From positions 7,485 to 71,484 of the forward strand of contig CALFIX010000049.1 of the NCBI GenBank assembly GCA_937877515.1: a stretch of 64,000 bases of DNA, given 5' to 3'. The notes beneath the pieces are model-generated. The model saw nothing but the letters and a program-made list of their open reading frames with translations. It was not told where the DNA came from and searched no databases. The stretch is from an uncultured Treponema sp. GTDB lineage: Bacteria; Spirochaetota; Spirochaetia; Treponematales; Treponemataceae. The position numbers and the translations under genes are program-made. Positions within the stretch are counted from its first letter, which is position 1, and every line of letters starts with the position of its first letter. Below are positions 38,739 through 48,084 of the stretch, piece after piece.

Positions 38739-39622
38739 TGAAAAAAATTAAAGAGCTTTCTTACGGTATTGTTGGACTTGGCATAATGGGCGGTTCGTTT
38801 GCAAAGTCCTTGCGTTTAAATGTTGTAACAGGTGGTAAAATTTATGCATGTAATCGCAGTACGCTTTGCCTTAAGGAAGCTCTTAATGAAGGTGTATGCG
38901 ATGAAGTTTTTACTTCTGATAAGGTAGATAAAATGCTTCCTCTTTGCGATGTTGTTTTTATCTGTCTTTATCCGCATGCAACTTTAGATTTTCTTCGTGA
39001 GCACATGGCAAGTTTTAAAAGCGGCGCCATCGTTACGGATGTAAGCGGCGTTAAAGGAATTTTTGAAGAGTCCCTAAAAGATTTTTTACGTGATGATGTG
39101 GACTTTATTATTGGGCATCCTATGGCCGGTGGAGAAAAGGAAGGTTACGCAGCCAGCAACGCTCGCTTTTTTGTAAACCATAATTATATTCTTTGCCCTA
39201 AAGAAAATAATAAAAAAGAAAATCTTGAACTTATGCGCTACTTAATTACAGAGCTTGGTTTTACGCGTATAACAGAAACTTCTTGCTCAACTCACGACTA
39301 CAAAATTGGCTTTACAAGTCAGCTCTGCCATGTTATAGCAAGTGCACTTGTGGAGAGCGCGGAAGACCCGACTATTACGGCTTTTGGTGGCGGCAGCTTT
39401 GAAGACCTTACGCGTATTGCTTTAATAAATGCGCCTTTGTGGACTGAGCTTTTTATTTCTAACAAAGAAAAACTTGTTTCTCACATAGAAAGCTTTGAAA
39501 AACAGCTGGCAGAGCTAAAGAAAATGATAAAAAATAGCGAAACTGAAGAGCTTAAAAAGTATCTGGAAGATGTTCGTGTAAAGCGGGCAGAAATGGGTGC
39601 TATTGTAAGCATTAAAAAATGA
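38738..39622 (+). CDS. tyrA: Prephenate dehydrogenase
   Basis: GLGIMGGS, DVSGVK, HPMAGGEK, SQLCH, DLTRIA; TAATG coupling to aroF. Confidence 0.92.
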   Translation: MKKIKELSYGIVGLGIMGGSFAKSLRLNVVTGGKIYACNRSTLCLKEALNEGVCDEVFTSDKVDKMLPLCDVVFICLYPHATLDFLREHMASFKSGAIVTDVSGVKGIFEESLKDFLRDDVDFIIGHPMAGGEKEGYAASNARFFVNHNYILCPKENNKKENLELMRYLITELGFTRITETSCSTHDYKIGFTSQLCHVIASALVESAEDPTITAFGGGSFEDLTRIALINAPLWTELFISNKEKLVSHIESFEKQLAELKKMIKNSETEELKKYLEDVRVKRAEMGAIVSIKK

Positions 39623-39708
39623 ATTAAGTAACTTTATAAACTTGCACACTAAAGGCGAATGTGATAGGCTAAAGTCCGCTGGCATTTTATAAGTCAGTGG
39701 AGGTTTTT

Positions 39709-40251
39709 ATGGATAAAGATTTTGAAGTTTTAGACAAGGTTGTGGGACGTGTTCCTGATTTTCCAAAGAAGGGCGTTCTTTTTTATGATATAACCGGTAT
39801 ATTGCGTCATCCTGATGCTTTTAAATATAGTATTGACCGCATGGTAGAGCTTTACAAAGATAAAAAAATAGATGCTGTAGCAGGTATTGAAAGCCGTGGC
39901 TTTATTTTTGCTTCTCCTTTTGCAGAAAGAATGGGAATTCCTTTAATTCTTATTCGCAAAAAAGGAAAGCTTCCGGGAAAGACTTACAGCTGTAAATACA
40001 GTCTGGAATATGCAACTGCAGAAATAGAAGTTCACTGTACGGATATAAGTGAAGGTCAGAATATTCTTTTAGTAGATGACCTTATTGCTACCGGCGGTAC
40101 TTTAAATGCTGCAAAGAATTTAATAGAGCAGGGGGGCGCTAAAGTTACGGATGTTTTTGGCGTTATTGGGCTTCCGTTCTTAAATTACGAAAAGACTTTA
40201 GAGCCAATGTGCGTTACAACCCTAGTTAATTACAATACAGAGTCTATGTAA
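39709..40251 (+). CDS. apt: Adenine phosphoribosyltransferase
   Basis: PDFPKKGVLFYDIT, ESRGF, RKKGKLP, VDDLIATGGT. Confidence 0.95.
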   Translation: MDKDFEVLDKVVGRVPDFPKKGVLFYDITGILRHPDAFKYSIDRMVELYKDKKIDAVAGIESRGFIFASPFAERMGIPLILIRKKGKLPGKTYSCKYSLEYATAEIEVHCTDISEGQNILLVDDLIATGGTLNAAKNLIEQGGAKVTDVFGVIGLPFLNYEKTLEPMCVTTLVNYNTESM

Positions 40252-40276
40252 AAACTTTCTTAGATTAAATTTTACG

Positions 40277-40310
40277 GGCTGTCGTAATTTTTTTACGGCA
40301 GCTTTTTTTT
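40277..40310 (+). terminator. Terminator after apt
   Basis: GGCTGTCGTAA/TTACGGCAGCT stem plus T-tract. Confidence 0.7.
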
Positions 40311-41385
40311 ATTTCCAGTCGTCAACTAAAATATTTTCTTCCAGAATATTTTCTTCTTCATCCTGCAGCATGGAAAAAAAGTCCAGGCTGGTTCTTTCTT
40401 CTACTTCGTCTATGCTTACTGAGTAGTCCCATATTGTGCCTTCACATTTTTTATTTGGAAGAATGAATGCGGCTGCTATTTTCTTTTTGTCTTTCTGAGC
40501 CAGAAGAACTTTGTAATAGTATTCCGGAACGCTTACTTTGTTTTGTCCGATGTAAGTGTATTCTTCTGCATTTTTTTCAAGGACGGGACCTGTTACGACA
40601 GTAACTTCTCCAAAAGTTTTTGCCCACGTACGTACCTGGCTTTCTAAGTCTTTCCAAAGCCCGCGGTTTAGCTGAGGAGCCTGCGGACTCATGTTGCTCA
40701 AGAGAAAACTTTCGCTGGCACTTTCTTTGCTCCATTCCATGTCGGCGGCTGGAGCCATGTGGCCTCTGTCATAACCGCTTCCCCTGTAGTCGCTAAGTGT
40801 CGCACTTCCCGTGCTTATGTTTGGATCCTGTCTGAAGTCTTCCGTGCGGCCTGTAACTGCGTTCAGTTCTTCGCTTGTAAGCGTGTACGCAACCCACTCT
40901 GGATTTTCGTAACTTTCGCGGTAGCAGAGTGTAAAGCCTAAGTATTCATGAACTTCGTGGTCACTGTGCTCTCCGTCTTTTGTGTCTGGATGCGTTCCCC
41001 TGCAGAGCGGAATCTCAATGCTGGAAGTCTTTATGCTGTCGTTCTGCATGCCAGATGCTTTTTTTAAGTATTCAGAAGAGGCGGAGCTTTTTTTTCGGGC
41101 AGAGTTTTCATCATTTTCCTGTTCATAATGTTTGTACGGAGCACCTTTACTGTAGTATTCTTCAATCTGATGCTGGAAAAAGTCTTCCGGACTTTCTGCA
41201 TTTTTTATGTCTGCAATTATTTCTGTCACGGTTTCTTTATATGTTTTTTCCTCTTTTGTGCTTTTGTATTGAATGTAAACTAAGATTAGCAGGACTATGG
41301 TTATGACTAAAAGTATTATAAAGAGGGTAGAACTGCTATGTTCTTTTTTATTTTTCTTTTTAGATTTATTTTTCTTTTTCTGCAT
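40309..41385 (-). CDS. Membrane-anchored DNA/RNA non-specific endonuclease (NucA/EndA family)
   Basis: N-terminal TM; YDRGHMAP and NMSPQ...LNRGLWKDLE motifs. Confidence 0.92.
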   Translation of the reverse strand: MQKKKNKSKKKNKKEHSSSTLFIILLVITIVLLILVYIQYKSTKEEKTYKETVTEIIADIKNAESPEDFFQHQIEEYYSKGAPYKHYEQENDENSARKKSSASSEYLKKASGMQNDSIKTSSIEIPLCRGTHPDTKDGEHSDHEVHEYLGFTLCYRESYENPEWVAYTLTSEELNAVTGRTEDFRQDPNISTGSATLSDYRGSGYDRGHMAPAADMEWSKESASESFLLSNMSPQAPQLNRGLWKDLESQVRTWAKTFGEVTVVTGPVLEKNAEEYTYIGQNKVSVPEYYYKVLLAQKDKKKIAAAFILPNKKCEGTIWDYSVSIDEVEERTSLDFFSMLQDEEENILEENILVDDWK

Positions 41386-41403
41386 AAAAAGATTGTATCA
41401 ATC

Positions 41404-42099
41404 TTAAAAAAAAGTGTCCACAGTTTTCTGCATGTGCTCCGGTAAAGGAATTGTAAAGGTTCTGCTTTTTCCATCTATAGGAACTGTTAGCTTTGTAGAA
41501 GCAAGCTGAAGCTTTTTTATTCCAAGCTTTCGTAGAATTTTGTTAAGCTTAAAGTTTCCGTGCTGGTCATCACCTGCTATTGGAGATAATGCTTTTGCCA
41601 GCTGTATTCTTATCTGGTGCATTCGTCCCGTGCCAAGCGTTATGTGAAGTCTGGACAGTGTAAGCGTTTCCGGTAAGGTCTCTTCCGGGCTTATGAAATT
41701 TTTTACATTAACGCTTACACTTTCTTCTTCTTCAAAATAAAGAAGTGCATCCTGTGTTTTTCCATGAGCTTCTACAGTACTTTTCAGCTTTCCTTTTTTT
41801 GCTTCCTTACCGTTTATGCAGGGGTTTCCTAAGCAGATTACAGTGTACTCTTTTTGAACTTCTTTTTCGCCAATGAGTTTTGTCCATCTGTTTGCAGCTT
41901 TTGCGTTTTTTGCAACAATTAAAATGCCGCTTGTTTCTTTGTCCAGTCTGTGAACGAGATGTATTTTATAGCCTAACTGTAATGATAAATCTTCGTCCAA
42001 GGAATGTGTTATGCCTTTCCCACCCTGAACAGCCGTGCCGTAAGGTTTATTGATAAGGAGAATTTCGTTGTCTTCAAACAGTATGGAAAACTCTTTCAT
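41404..42099 (-). CDS. RluA-family pseudouridine synthase
   Basis: NKP.G, HRLDKETSG, TGRMHQIR, IAGD. Confidence 0.92.
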   Translation of the reverse strand: MKEFSILFEDNEILLINKPYGTAVQGGKGITHSLDEDLSLQLGYKIHLVHRLDKETSGILIVAKNAKAANRWTKLIGEKEVQKEYTVICLGNPCINGKEAKKGKLKSTVEAHGKTQDALLYFEEEESVSVNVKNFISPEETLPETLTLSRLHITLGTGRMHQIRIQLAKALSPIAGDDQHGNFKLNKILRKLGIKKLQLASTKLTVPIDGKSRTFTIPLPEHMQKTVDTFF

Positions 42100-42129
42100 G
42101 TTCCGACAATATATTAGAGGTAAGGGAAA

Positions 42130-43314
42130 ATGACAAGCATAAATTTTTCTAAAGTGAGTTTCAGGGGCCTTTTAGCACCGTTTTTTTTGTTTTTTTTAGC
42201 ATTATGTCTTTCTACTCCTGCATTTGCGACATATACGGGGTTTGAAGGTTACGATGAAAACGTTTCCATAGATTTACCGGAAGGTTTTGAATTAGTAGAT
42301 TCATCAGATAATAATATTTTTATTTTACAGTCTTCAATTGTTCCTGTAAAAGCCTTAATCCGAATTTATACCAGGGAGCGTTTTGCAGATACGGGTTCTG
42401 CACTTCTGAATGTAATGAATTCCTTGAAGGTAGACTATGAGCAGGATAATTTTACATGGCGGGGTTATGATTCCAGTCTGGCTGTATTTGACGGAAACCT
42501 GGAGGGAGTTAATTCTTACGGTTTTGCAACCTGTACAGTTCTTCCAGATGATGATTCTGTAATAGTTTTAATAACCTGGTGTCCTTATGAACAGGCTCCT
42601 GACTGTACTCCCTTTATGGTAAGCTTTCATGATAGCCTCTGCATAGATAACGGAAGTTTTTATGAAACAGGACTTCTTACCCGTTATGCTTTTCCTCTTT
42701 CGCATGTAAAACAGGATGTTCTTTTGGAAATTGACGGTAAAGCTGTTGCAACAGAGCTGAAAGATAATGATGTAGAAGCCAGTGAGTACCTTATAAAGCG
42801 TGAATATATGGTTTTAGAGCTTTATGCACAAAGCCCTCTTTGGCAGAAAGCATGGCAGCGTTTTTACCGTATGATTTACAGAGATTCTTTTGATCGCCTA
42901 AAAAAGCCTGCGTTTGATATATGCAATGCTTTGGCTCCTGAATGTGAAGATGCAACAGAAATAGCACAAAAGCTTTTAACATGGGTACAGGGCTTTAAGT
43001 ATGAGAGGAAGCAGGATTCAACAGATTTTACAAGCTTACCTGCCGTTCTTTTAGGAAATGGCAGTGACTGCGACAGTCGCAGTCTTCTTGTGGCATTATT
43101 ATTAAGGTCAATGAATGAAGACGCAATTATGTTTGTAAGTGCAGTTTATTCTCATGCCGTAGCAGGCTTTGTTTCTACTCATCCCGGATTTGGTTTTACT
43201 GTAGACGGTAAAACTTATCTTACCGGAGAAACTACCGTACAGGGTTTGACGTGGGGTAAAATAGCTCAGGAGCAAGCTGATCAAAATGCCTGGATTGAAG
43301 TCCTGCTTCCTTAA
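42130..43314 (+). CDS. Exported hypothetical protein with C-terminal transglutaminase-like domain
   Basis: Signal peptide; GSDCDSRSLL...HA...ETT pattern. Confidence 0.6.
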   Translation: MTSINFSKVSFRGLLAPFFLFFLALCLSTPAFATYTGFEGYDENVSIDLPEGFELVDSSDNNIFILQSSIVPVKALIRIYTRERFADTGSALLNVMNSLKVDYEQDNFTWRGYDSSLAVFDGNLEGVNSYGFATCTVLPDDDSVIVLITWCPYEQAPDCTPFMVSFHDSLCIDNGSFYETGLLTRYAFPLSHVKQDVLLEIDGKAVATELKDNDVEASEYLIKREYMVLELYAQSPLWQKAWQRFYRMIYRDSFDRLKKPAFDICNALAPECEDATEIAQKLLTWVQGFKYERKQDSTDFTSLPAVLLGNGSDCDSRSLLVALLLRSMNEDAIMFVSAVYSHAVAGFVSTHPGFGFTVDGKTYLTGETTVQGLTWGKIAQEQADQNAWIEVLLP

Positions 43315-43323
43315 AAAAATAAA

Positions 43324-43344
43324 GGGGCTGTATAGTATAGCCCC
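43324..43344. terminator. Hairpin between convergent genes (likely terminator)
   Basis: GGGGCTGTA-tag-TATAGCCCC preceded by an A-tract. Confidence 0.6.
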
Positions 43345-43359
43345 TGGTTTAACCGGTTT

Positions 43360-44007
43360 CTAGTTAGAAGTTAAAAGATTGTATGCTTCTAAAGGTGTCT
43401 GAGAAGATATAAGCTTATCTTTTAAATCCTGCTCCCTGAGGCGGGCACTAAAGAAAGATAAGGTCTGTAAGTAGTAGCTGTGCTGGTTATAGGCCGCTGC
43501 AATCATAATTAAAAGGCGGACTGGTGTCTCATCAATTGCCTGGAAGTCTATGATGTCTGTACGTGAAATTCCAACTGCCATAACAAGGTCTGTTACTGAA
43601 GATAAACGTACATGTGGGATTGCAATGCCACGCCCCATAGCTGTGCTCATAAGTTCTTCACGCTTAAGAATTTCCTGTGTCAATTCCTTTGCATCCTTAA
43701 TCTGCGGAGCTGTAGAAAGAGCTTCTGAAAGTTCTACAAGGGCATCGTGCTTTGTCGGATGATTCATAAAAATAATGCGCTCAGGAGAAAGAATGTTCTT
43801 AACCTGAACCTTTATGTCCTGCGGAGAAGACTTTGATGAAGAAAGCCTGTCGTTAACCCATTTTTCTATTTCGTTTTTCTTAAAGCGCCATACAGTGCCA
43901 ATTTTACCACTGGGAATTTCACCTTTTTGTGCCCAGTCATATACCGTGCGTTCACTTACGCGTAAATATTTTGCAACTTCTTCAATTGTAAGAATATCGT
44001 CTTCCAC
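43360..44007 (-). CDS. ptsN: Excisionase-type HTH fused to PTS EIIA(Ntr)-like domain
   Basis: LTIEEVAKYLRVSERTVY HTH; REELMSTAMGRGIAIPH phosphorylation motif. Confidence 0.88.
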   Translation of the reverse strand: MEDDILTIEEVAKYLRVSERTVYDWAQKGEIPSGKIGTVWRFKKNEIEKWVNDRLSSSKSSPQDIKVQVKNILSPERIIFMNHPTKHDALVELSEALSTAPQIKDAKELTQEILKREELMSTAMGRGIAIPHVRLSSVTDLVMAVGISRTDIIDFQAIDETPVRLLIMIAAAYNQHSYYLQTLSFFSARLREQDLKDKLISSQTPLEAYNLLTSN

Positions 44008-44235
44008 TTTAAAAAGCCCTTACCTTTATGAATTATGTTGAAGTATATTGCAATCTTTACGGTTGTTTGTCAAGTATTACCGTGCAGGCAAGGCGAATAA
44101 ACATGGACTTGGGCGTTTCTCTTTGTGCTTTAAAAATTATGGACGGTGGATTTTTTTAGAGATTCTGTTTTGCTTGTAAAAAATTATAGTTTACTATAAA
44201 ATCTCTTTTCATCGGGATAAATAAAGAGGTAAAAA

Positions 44236-45510
44236 ATGAAGCAGGAAACAAAATGTATTCATTCAGGATATACTCCTAAAAACGGCGAATCTCGTATGAT
44301 TCCAATTATTCAGTCTACAACTTTTAAATATAATACATCAGAGGATATGGGACGTCTCTTTGACTTGGAGGCATCCGGTTATTTTTACACACGCTTGCAG
44401 AATCCGACAAACGACATGGTGGCTGCAAAAATCTGTGCCTTGGAAGGCGGAAGTGCCGCCATGCTTACCTCCAGCGGACAGGCTGCAAACTTCTTTGCTG
44501 CGTTTAATATTGCGCAGAATGGAGACCATATTGTCTCTTCAAGTTCAATTTACGGGGGAACCTTTAACCTCTTTAACGTAACAATGCGTAAAATGGGGGT
44601 GGATTTTACTTTTATTTCTCCTGATGCAAGTGACGAAGAAATTCAGAATGCTGTAAAACCAAATACAAAGGCGTTCTTTGGAGAAACTATTGCAAACCCG
44701 GCCCTTACTGTTTTTGACATAGAGCGCTGGGCAGCCATTGCACATAAAAACGGAGTTCCCCTCATTGTGGACAACACTTTTGCAACTCCAATAAACTGCC
44801 GTCCTTTTGAGTGGGGGGCAGATATCGTTACCCACTCTACAACAAAGTATATGGACGGTCATGATGCAACTGTCGGGGGCTGTATTGTGGACTCAGGTAA
44901 GTTTGACTGGATGGCTCATAAGGAAAAATTTCCGGGACTTTGTACTCCTGATGAAAGCTACCACGGAATTACCTATGCGCAGAAGTTTGGGAAGGAGGGT
45001 GCCTTTATTACAAAGTGTACCGCTCAGCTTATGAGAGACTTCGGTTCAATTCAGTCTCCCATGAATGCCTATATGCTGAACTTAGGCCTGGAGTCTCTGC
45101 CTGTCAGAATAAAGCAGCACTGTACAAACGGACGCGCTGTTGCAGAATTCCTTGCCGGACATCCAAAGGTTTCCTGGGTAAATTATCCTGGTCTTAAAAA
45201 CAATAAGTATTATTCACTTGCTCAAAAGTATATGCCGAACGGAACCTGCGGTGTCGTAAGCTTTGGCGTAAAGGGCGGAAGAAAGGCTGCTGAAACCTTC
45301 ATGAAAAACTTAAAGCTTGCAATGATTGCAACTCATGTAGCAGATGCACGTACCTGCGTTTTGCATCCTGCAAGTGCAACTCACAGGCAGTTAACTGACG
45401 AAGAGCTTGTTGCCTGCGGTGTCGGTCCGGATATGGTCCGCTTTTCCTGCGGTATAGAAGCCCCCGAAGACATTATTCAGGACCTGGCTCAGGCATTGGA
45501 AGCCGTGTAA
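44236..45510 (+). CDS. metY: O-acetylhomoserine aminocarboxypropyltransferase / sulfhydrylase
   Basis: YTRLQNPT, SSGQAA, ETIANP, DNTFAT, HSTTKY, HPASATHRQL. Confidence 0.92.
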   Translation: MKQETKCIHSGYTPKNGESRMIPIIQSTTFKYNTSEDMGRLFDLEASGYFYTRLQNPTNDMVAAKICALEGGSAAMLTSSGQAANFFAAFNIAQNGDHIVSSSSIYGGTFNLFNVTMRKMGVDFTFISPDASDEEIQNAVKPNTKAFFGETIANPALTVFDIERWAAIAHKNGVPLIVDNTFATPINCRPFEWGADIVTHSTTKYMDGHDATVGGCIVDSGKFDWMAHKEKFPGLCTPDESYHGITYAQKFGKEGAFITKCTAQLMRDFGSIQSPMNAYMLNLGLESLPVRIKQHCTNGRAVAEFLAGHPKVSWVNYPGLKNNKYYSLAQKYMPNGTCGVVSFGVKGGRKAAETFMKNLKLAMIATHVADARTCVLHPASATHRQLTDEELVACGVGPDMVRFSCGIEAPEDIIQDLAQALEAV

Positions 45511-45519
45511 GGAAAGCTT

Positions 45520-46602
45520 ATGAGAGAGGAAAAGTCAGCAAAGTCAAAGCGAAGAACGCTTATTGCCTGCATAACGGTATTTTGCGTGCTTTATATAATT
45601 TTTGCATTAAAGCCTTTAGGTTCTGAGCTGCATCTAACTCCTGAGTGGACTATAGATATGAATAGTGTTTCTTCAGTAGAAGAAGATGAAGAACTCATAC
45701 CGTTTCGACTGGGGCAGAATATGGGGTACTTTACAAGGGATGGCAAAATTTCTTCCTGTATGACTTTTCCCTTTAAGTCTGCGATTTCAAAAAATTATTA
45801 CGCTTCTTACGGAGCAACCTCTAATTCTGTAGATTTTTATTCACCGCGCGGCGAAAAGTGCGGTACGATAAATGAATATGGTTTTCCATTTTTTGAAGAA
45901 GACCGCATTTATGTCTTTTTACCGGGCGGAAGCTCTTTCGTAGAATGTAATGGTGACGGCGAAAGACTCTGGCTTTACGAGCATTATGCTCCTGTTACAG
46001 CTTTTTCTTCCAGTAACGGCGGAACTGTTGCAGGTTTTGCTGACGGAAAAATCGTTTCCTTTTATCCGGATGGAAAAGTAAACCAGCAGTTTGTTCCCGG
46101 CGGTAGTGCGGTAAGCGTTATTTTAGGTGTGGATATTTCTCGGGACGGTGAGAAAATTGCAGCAGTTTCGGGGCAGAAGCCTCAACGTATTGTGGTTGCA
46201 GAAAAGAATGGCTCTCACTCTAGGGTAATTTTTCATGAAAATATTGACTCTCCTTGTGCAGGTCAGGTAAAGGTAAGGTTCAGTCTTAGCGGTAAAACTG
46301 TTTTCTATGACACAAAAGATAGCTTGGGTATAGTGGACTTGAGCAATGAAAATCATCCAAAAAGTTATAGCGTTCCGTTAAAGGGTGTTGTTTCTCAAAT
46401 AGAAGAATCAAAGGAAAATTCCCTTGTGTATATTTTAAGCCGTGATAGCGGAGAGTATACTGTTACTGTTCTGGAGCCTTACGATCATGTTGTGTCTTCG
46501 TTTACTTTTAAGGCGCATAATGCCTTTATACAGGTACGTGGTAATGCTCTTTTTGTTGGTAAAGATAATAAAATTTCCTGCCTTACTGTATTAAGAAGGT
46601 AA
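45520..46602 (+). CDS. Membrane-anchored hypothetical protein, beta-propeller-like
   Basis: N-terminal TM and repeating beta-rich segments. Confidence 0.55.
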   Translation: MREEKSAKSKRRTLIACITVFCVLYIIFALKPLGSELHLTPEWTIDMNSVSSVEEDEELIPFRLGQNMGYFTRDGKISSCMTFPFKSAISKNYYASYGATSNSVDFYSPRGEKCGTINEYGFPFFEEDRIYVFLPGGSSFVECNGDGERLWLYEHYAPVTAFSSSNGGTVAGFADGKIVSFYPDGKVNQQFVPGGSAVSVILGVDISRDGEKIAAVSGQKPQRIVVAEKNGSHSRVIFHENIDSPCAGQVKVRFSLSGKTVFYDTKDSLGIVDLSNENHPKSYSVPLKGVVSQIEESKENSLVYILSRDSGEYTVTVLEPYDHVVSSFTFKAHNAFIQVRGNALFVGKDNKISCLTVLRR

Positions 46603-46608
46603 TGAGGT

Positions 46609-47484
46609 GTGTCTGTGATGCGTAAAAATATTTTAAAAGTGTTTTCATTATTCTTTTTTTCTCTAAATGTTTTTGCCTTTGACTGGCCTCAGCATGAAAC
46701 TGCTTCCGATTCATTTTTTTCGTATTTTGGGCAGCTTAGGGGAAGTACCATAAGTTCGTCTTTAGTTTTTAGGGACAGTTCTGACGTAAAAGCTTCCGAT
46801 TCCGGAGAAGTTGCAATTTACATTAGAGAGCACAGCGACGATTTTGGCTGGTTTGAGTCTACTTTAGGAAGTGCGCTTGTTCTTTCTCATGCAGATTCAA
46901 TAATGACTGTTTACGGAAACTTAGATGAAGGTACTGTTTCTTCCTTAATCTTAGAGTCTGACCATGTAGACACCGGAATGTTTATTGGAGAAAGCGGTAA
47001 CTCCGCATGGCAAAACGGAGAAAACAGCCTGGAGTTCCAGGTGTTTGACGTAAAAAATTCTACATCAATAAATCCTCGTGTCCTTATGCCGAGAGTGGGA
47101 AAGGAATTGTCCCTTAACGTAGGCGATCTGACTTTACGGGGCAAAAATGGCGCAGATCACCGTCTTGTATGGGAAAAGTATTTTCCCAGCGGTACATACA
47201 GTCTTTACCGCGAAAGGCAGGATGTTGCAGTTCCTTACCGCACGGTTGTTGCGATAAACGGTGCTACTGTAGAAAGTATTTCTTATGATACGCTTTCAGA
47301 AAAGAACGGCCGCCTTTGTGCTGGAGGAAACGATTATTATCCTGTAGAAGTCCTATACCCCGATTCTAAAAAACAGCTTCTGGCAAATATCCTTCTGACT
47401 CGCGGTCATAATACTCTTTCCGTTACTGTAACGGACATACTTGGCGCAAGTCATACCCTTACGTATAACATTGACGTTAATTAA
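46609..47484 (+). CDS. Exported M23 peptidase-like domain protein (degenerate)
   Basis: VKASDSGEV, H...TVYGNL, IGESGNS, LEFQV, INP M23 scaffold; Zn-binding His residues not evident. Confidence 0.65.
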   Translation: MSVMRKNILKVFSLFFFSLNVFAFDWPQHETASDSFFSYFGQLRGSTISSSLVFRDSSDVKASDSGEVAIYIREHSDDFGWFESTLGSALVLSHADSIMTVYGNLDEGTVSSLILESDHVDTGMFIGESGNSAWQNGENSLEFQVFDVKNSTSINPRVLMPRVGKELSLNVGDLTLRGKNGADHRLVWEKYFPSGTYSLYRERQDVAVPYRTVVAINGATVESISYDTLSEKNGRLCAGGNDYYPVEVLYPDSKKQLLANILLTRGHNTLSVTVTDILGASHTLTYNIDVN

Positions 47485-47495
47485 ATTTTTTTCTG

Positions 47496-47581
47496 TTGAC
47501 ACGTTTTGTTTCATTTGGTATATTCACAAGTACATTTTAATAAACTTGTTAAGATGGAGCCCCTGCAAAGGCTCCTTTTTT
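47496..47581 (+). promoter_or_regulatory. rimP-nusA-infB promoter and leader terminator hairpin
   Basis: TTGACA-17-TATATT; GGAGCC-cctgcaaa-GGCTCC-TTTTTT at 47556-47581. Confidence 0.7.
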
Positions 47582-47604
47582 GTTAGTTAGGGAGTTTTAT
47601 AAAC

Positions 47605-48072
47605 TTGGACTACATTCCTTGCGAAACAGTTCCGCATTTTAGTGAGTGTTCAGAGATAGTTTCTGCACTCGGTTTTACTTTGGTTGAACTTCAGATTGTT
47701 CCACAAAAAGAATCTGTTCATGTAACTGTTGTCATTGCTTCAAAAGATCTGAAGCATGATATCGGGGTGTCTGATTGCTCAAAAGTTCATCATGCCCTGG
47801 AAGCCCGTATTGTAGAATTTATTCACAGAAGTGAAGATGAGCTTTACATGGAAGTTTCTTCTCCCGGACTTGAGCGCAATATAAAGAATGCGGCAGAATT
47901 TGCTTTTTTTACGGGACGCGAGGTTAGAGTCTGGGATAAAAATATTACTGACTGGGTGAGGGGTATCATAAAGAGTTCAGATGCTCAGTCTGTTACATTG
48001 CAACTTGAAGACGGCAGTGAGAAAACTGTTGCCTACATAGATATTGCTAAGGCAAAATTTATACACTTATAA
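47605..48072 (+). CDS. rimP: Ribosome maturation factor RimP
   Basis: DCSKVH and MEVSSPGLER motifs; position before nusA. Confidence 0.92.
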   Translation: MDYIPCETVPHFSECSEIVSALGFTLVELQIVPQKESVHVTVVIASKDLKHDIGVSDCSKVHHALEARIVEFIHRSEDELYMEVSSPGLERNIKNAAEFAFFTGREVRVWDKNITDWVRGIIKSSDAQSVTLQLEDGSEKTVAYIDIAKAKFIHL

Positions 48073-48084
48073 GGGAGGCTTGTT

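Noticed and set aside
43860..44007. Excisionase-like HTH as a sign of prophage or ICE
   Set aside because: It is fused to a PTS EIIA domain, and no integrase, att site or phage genes are nearby
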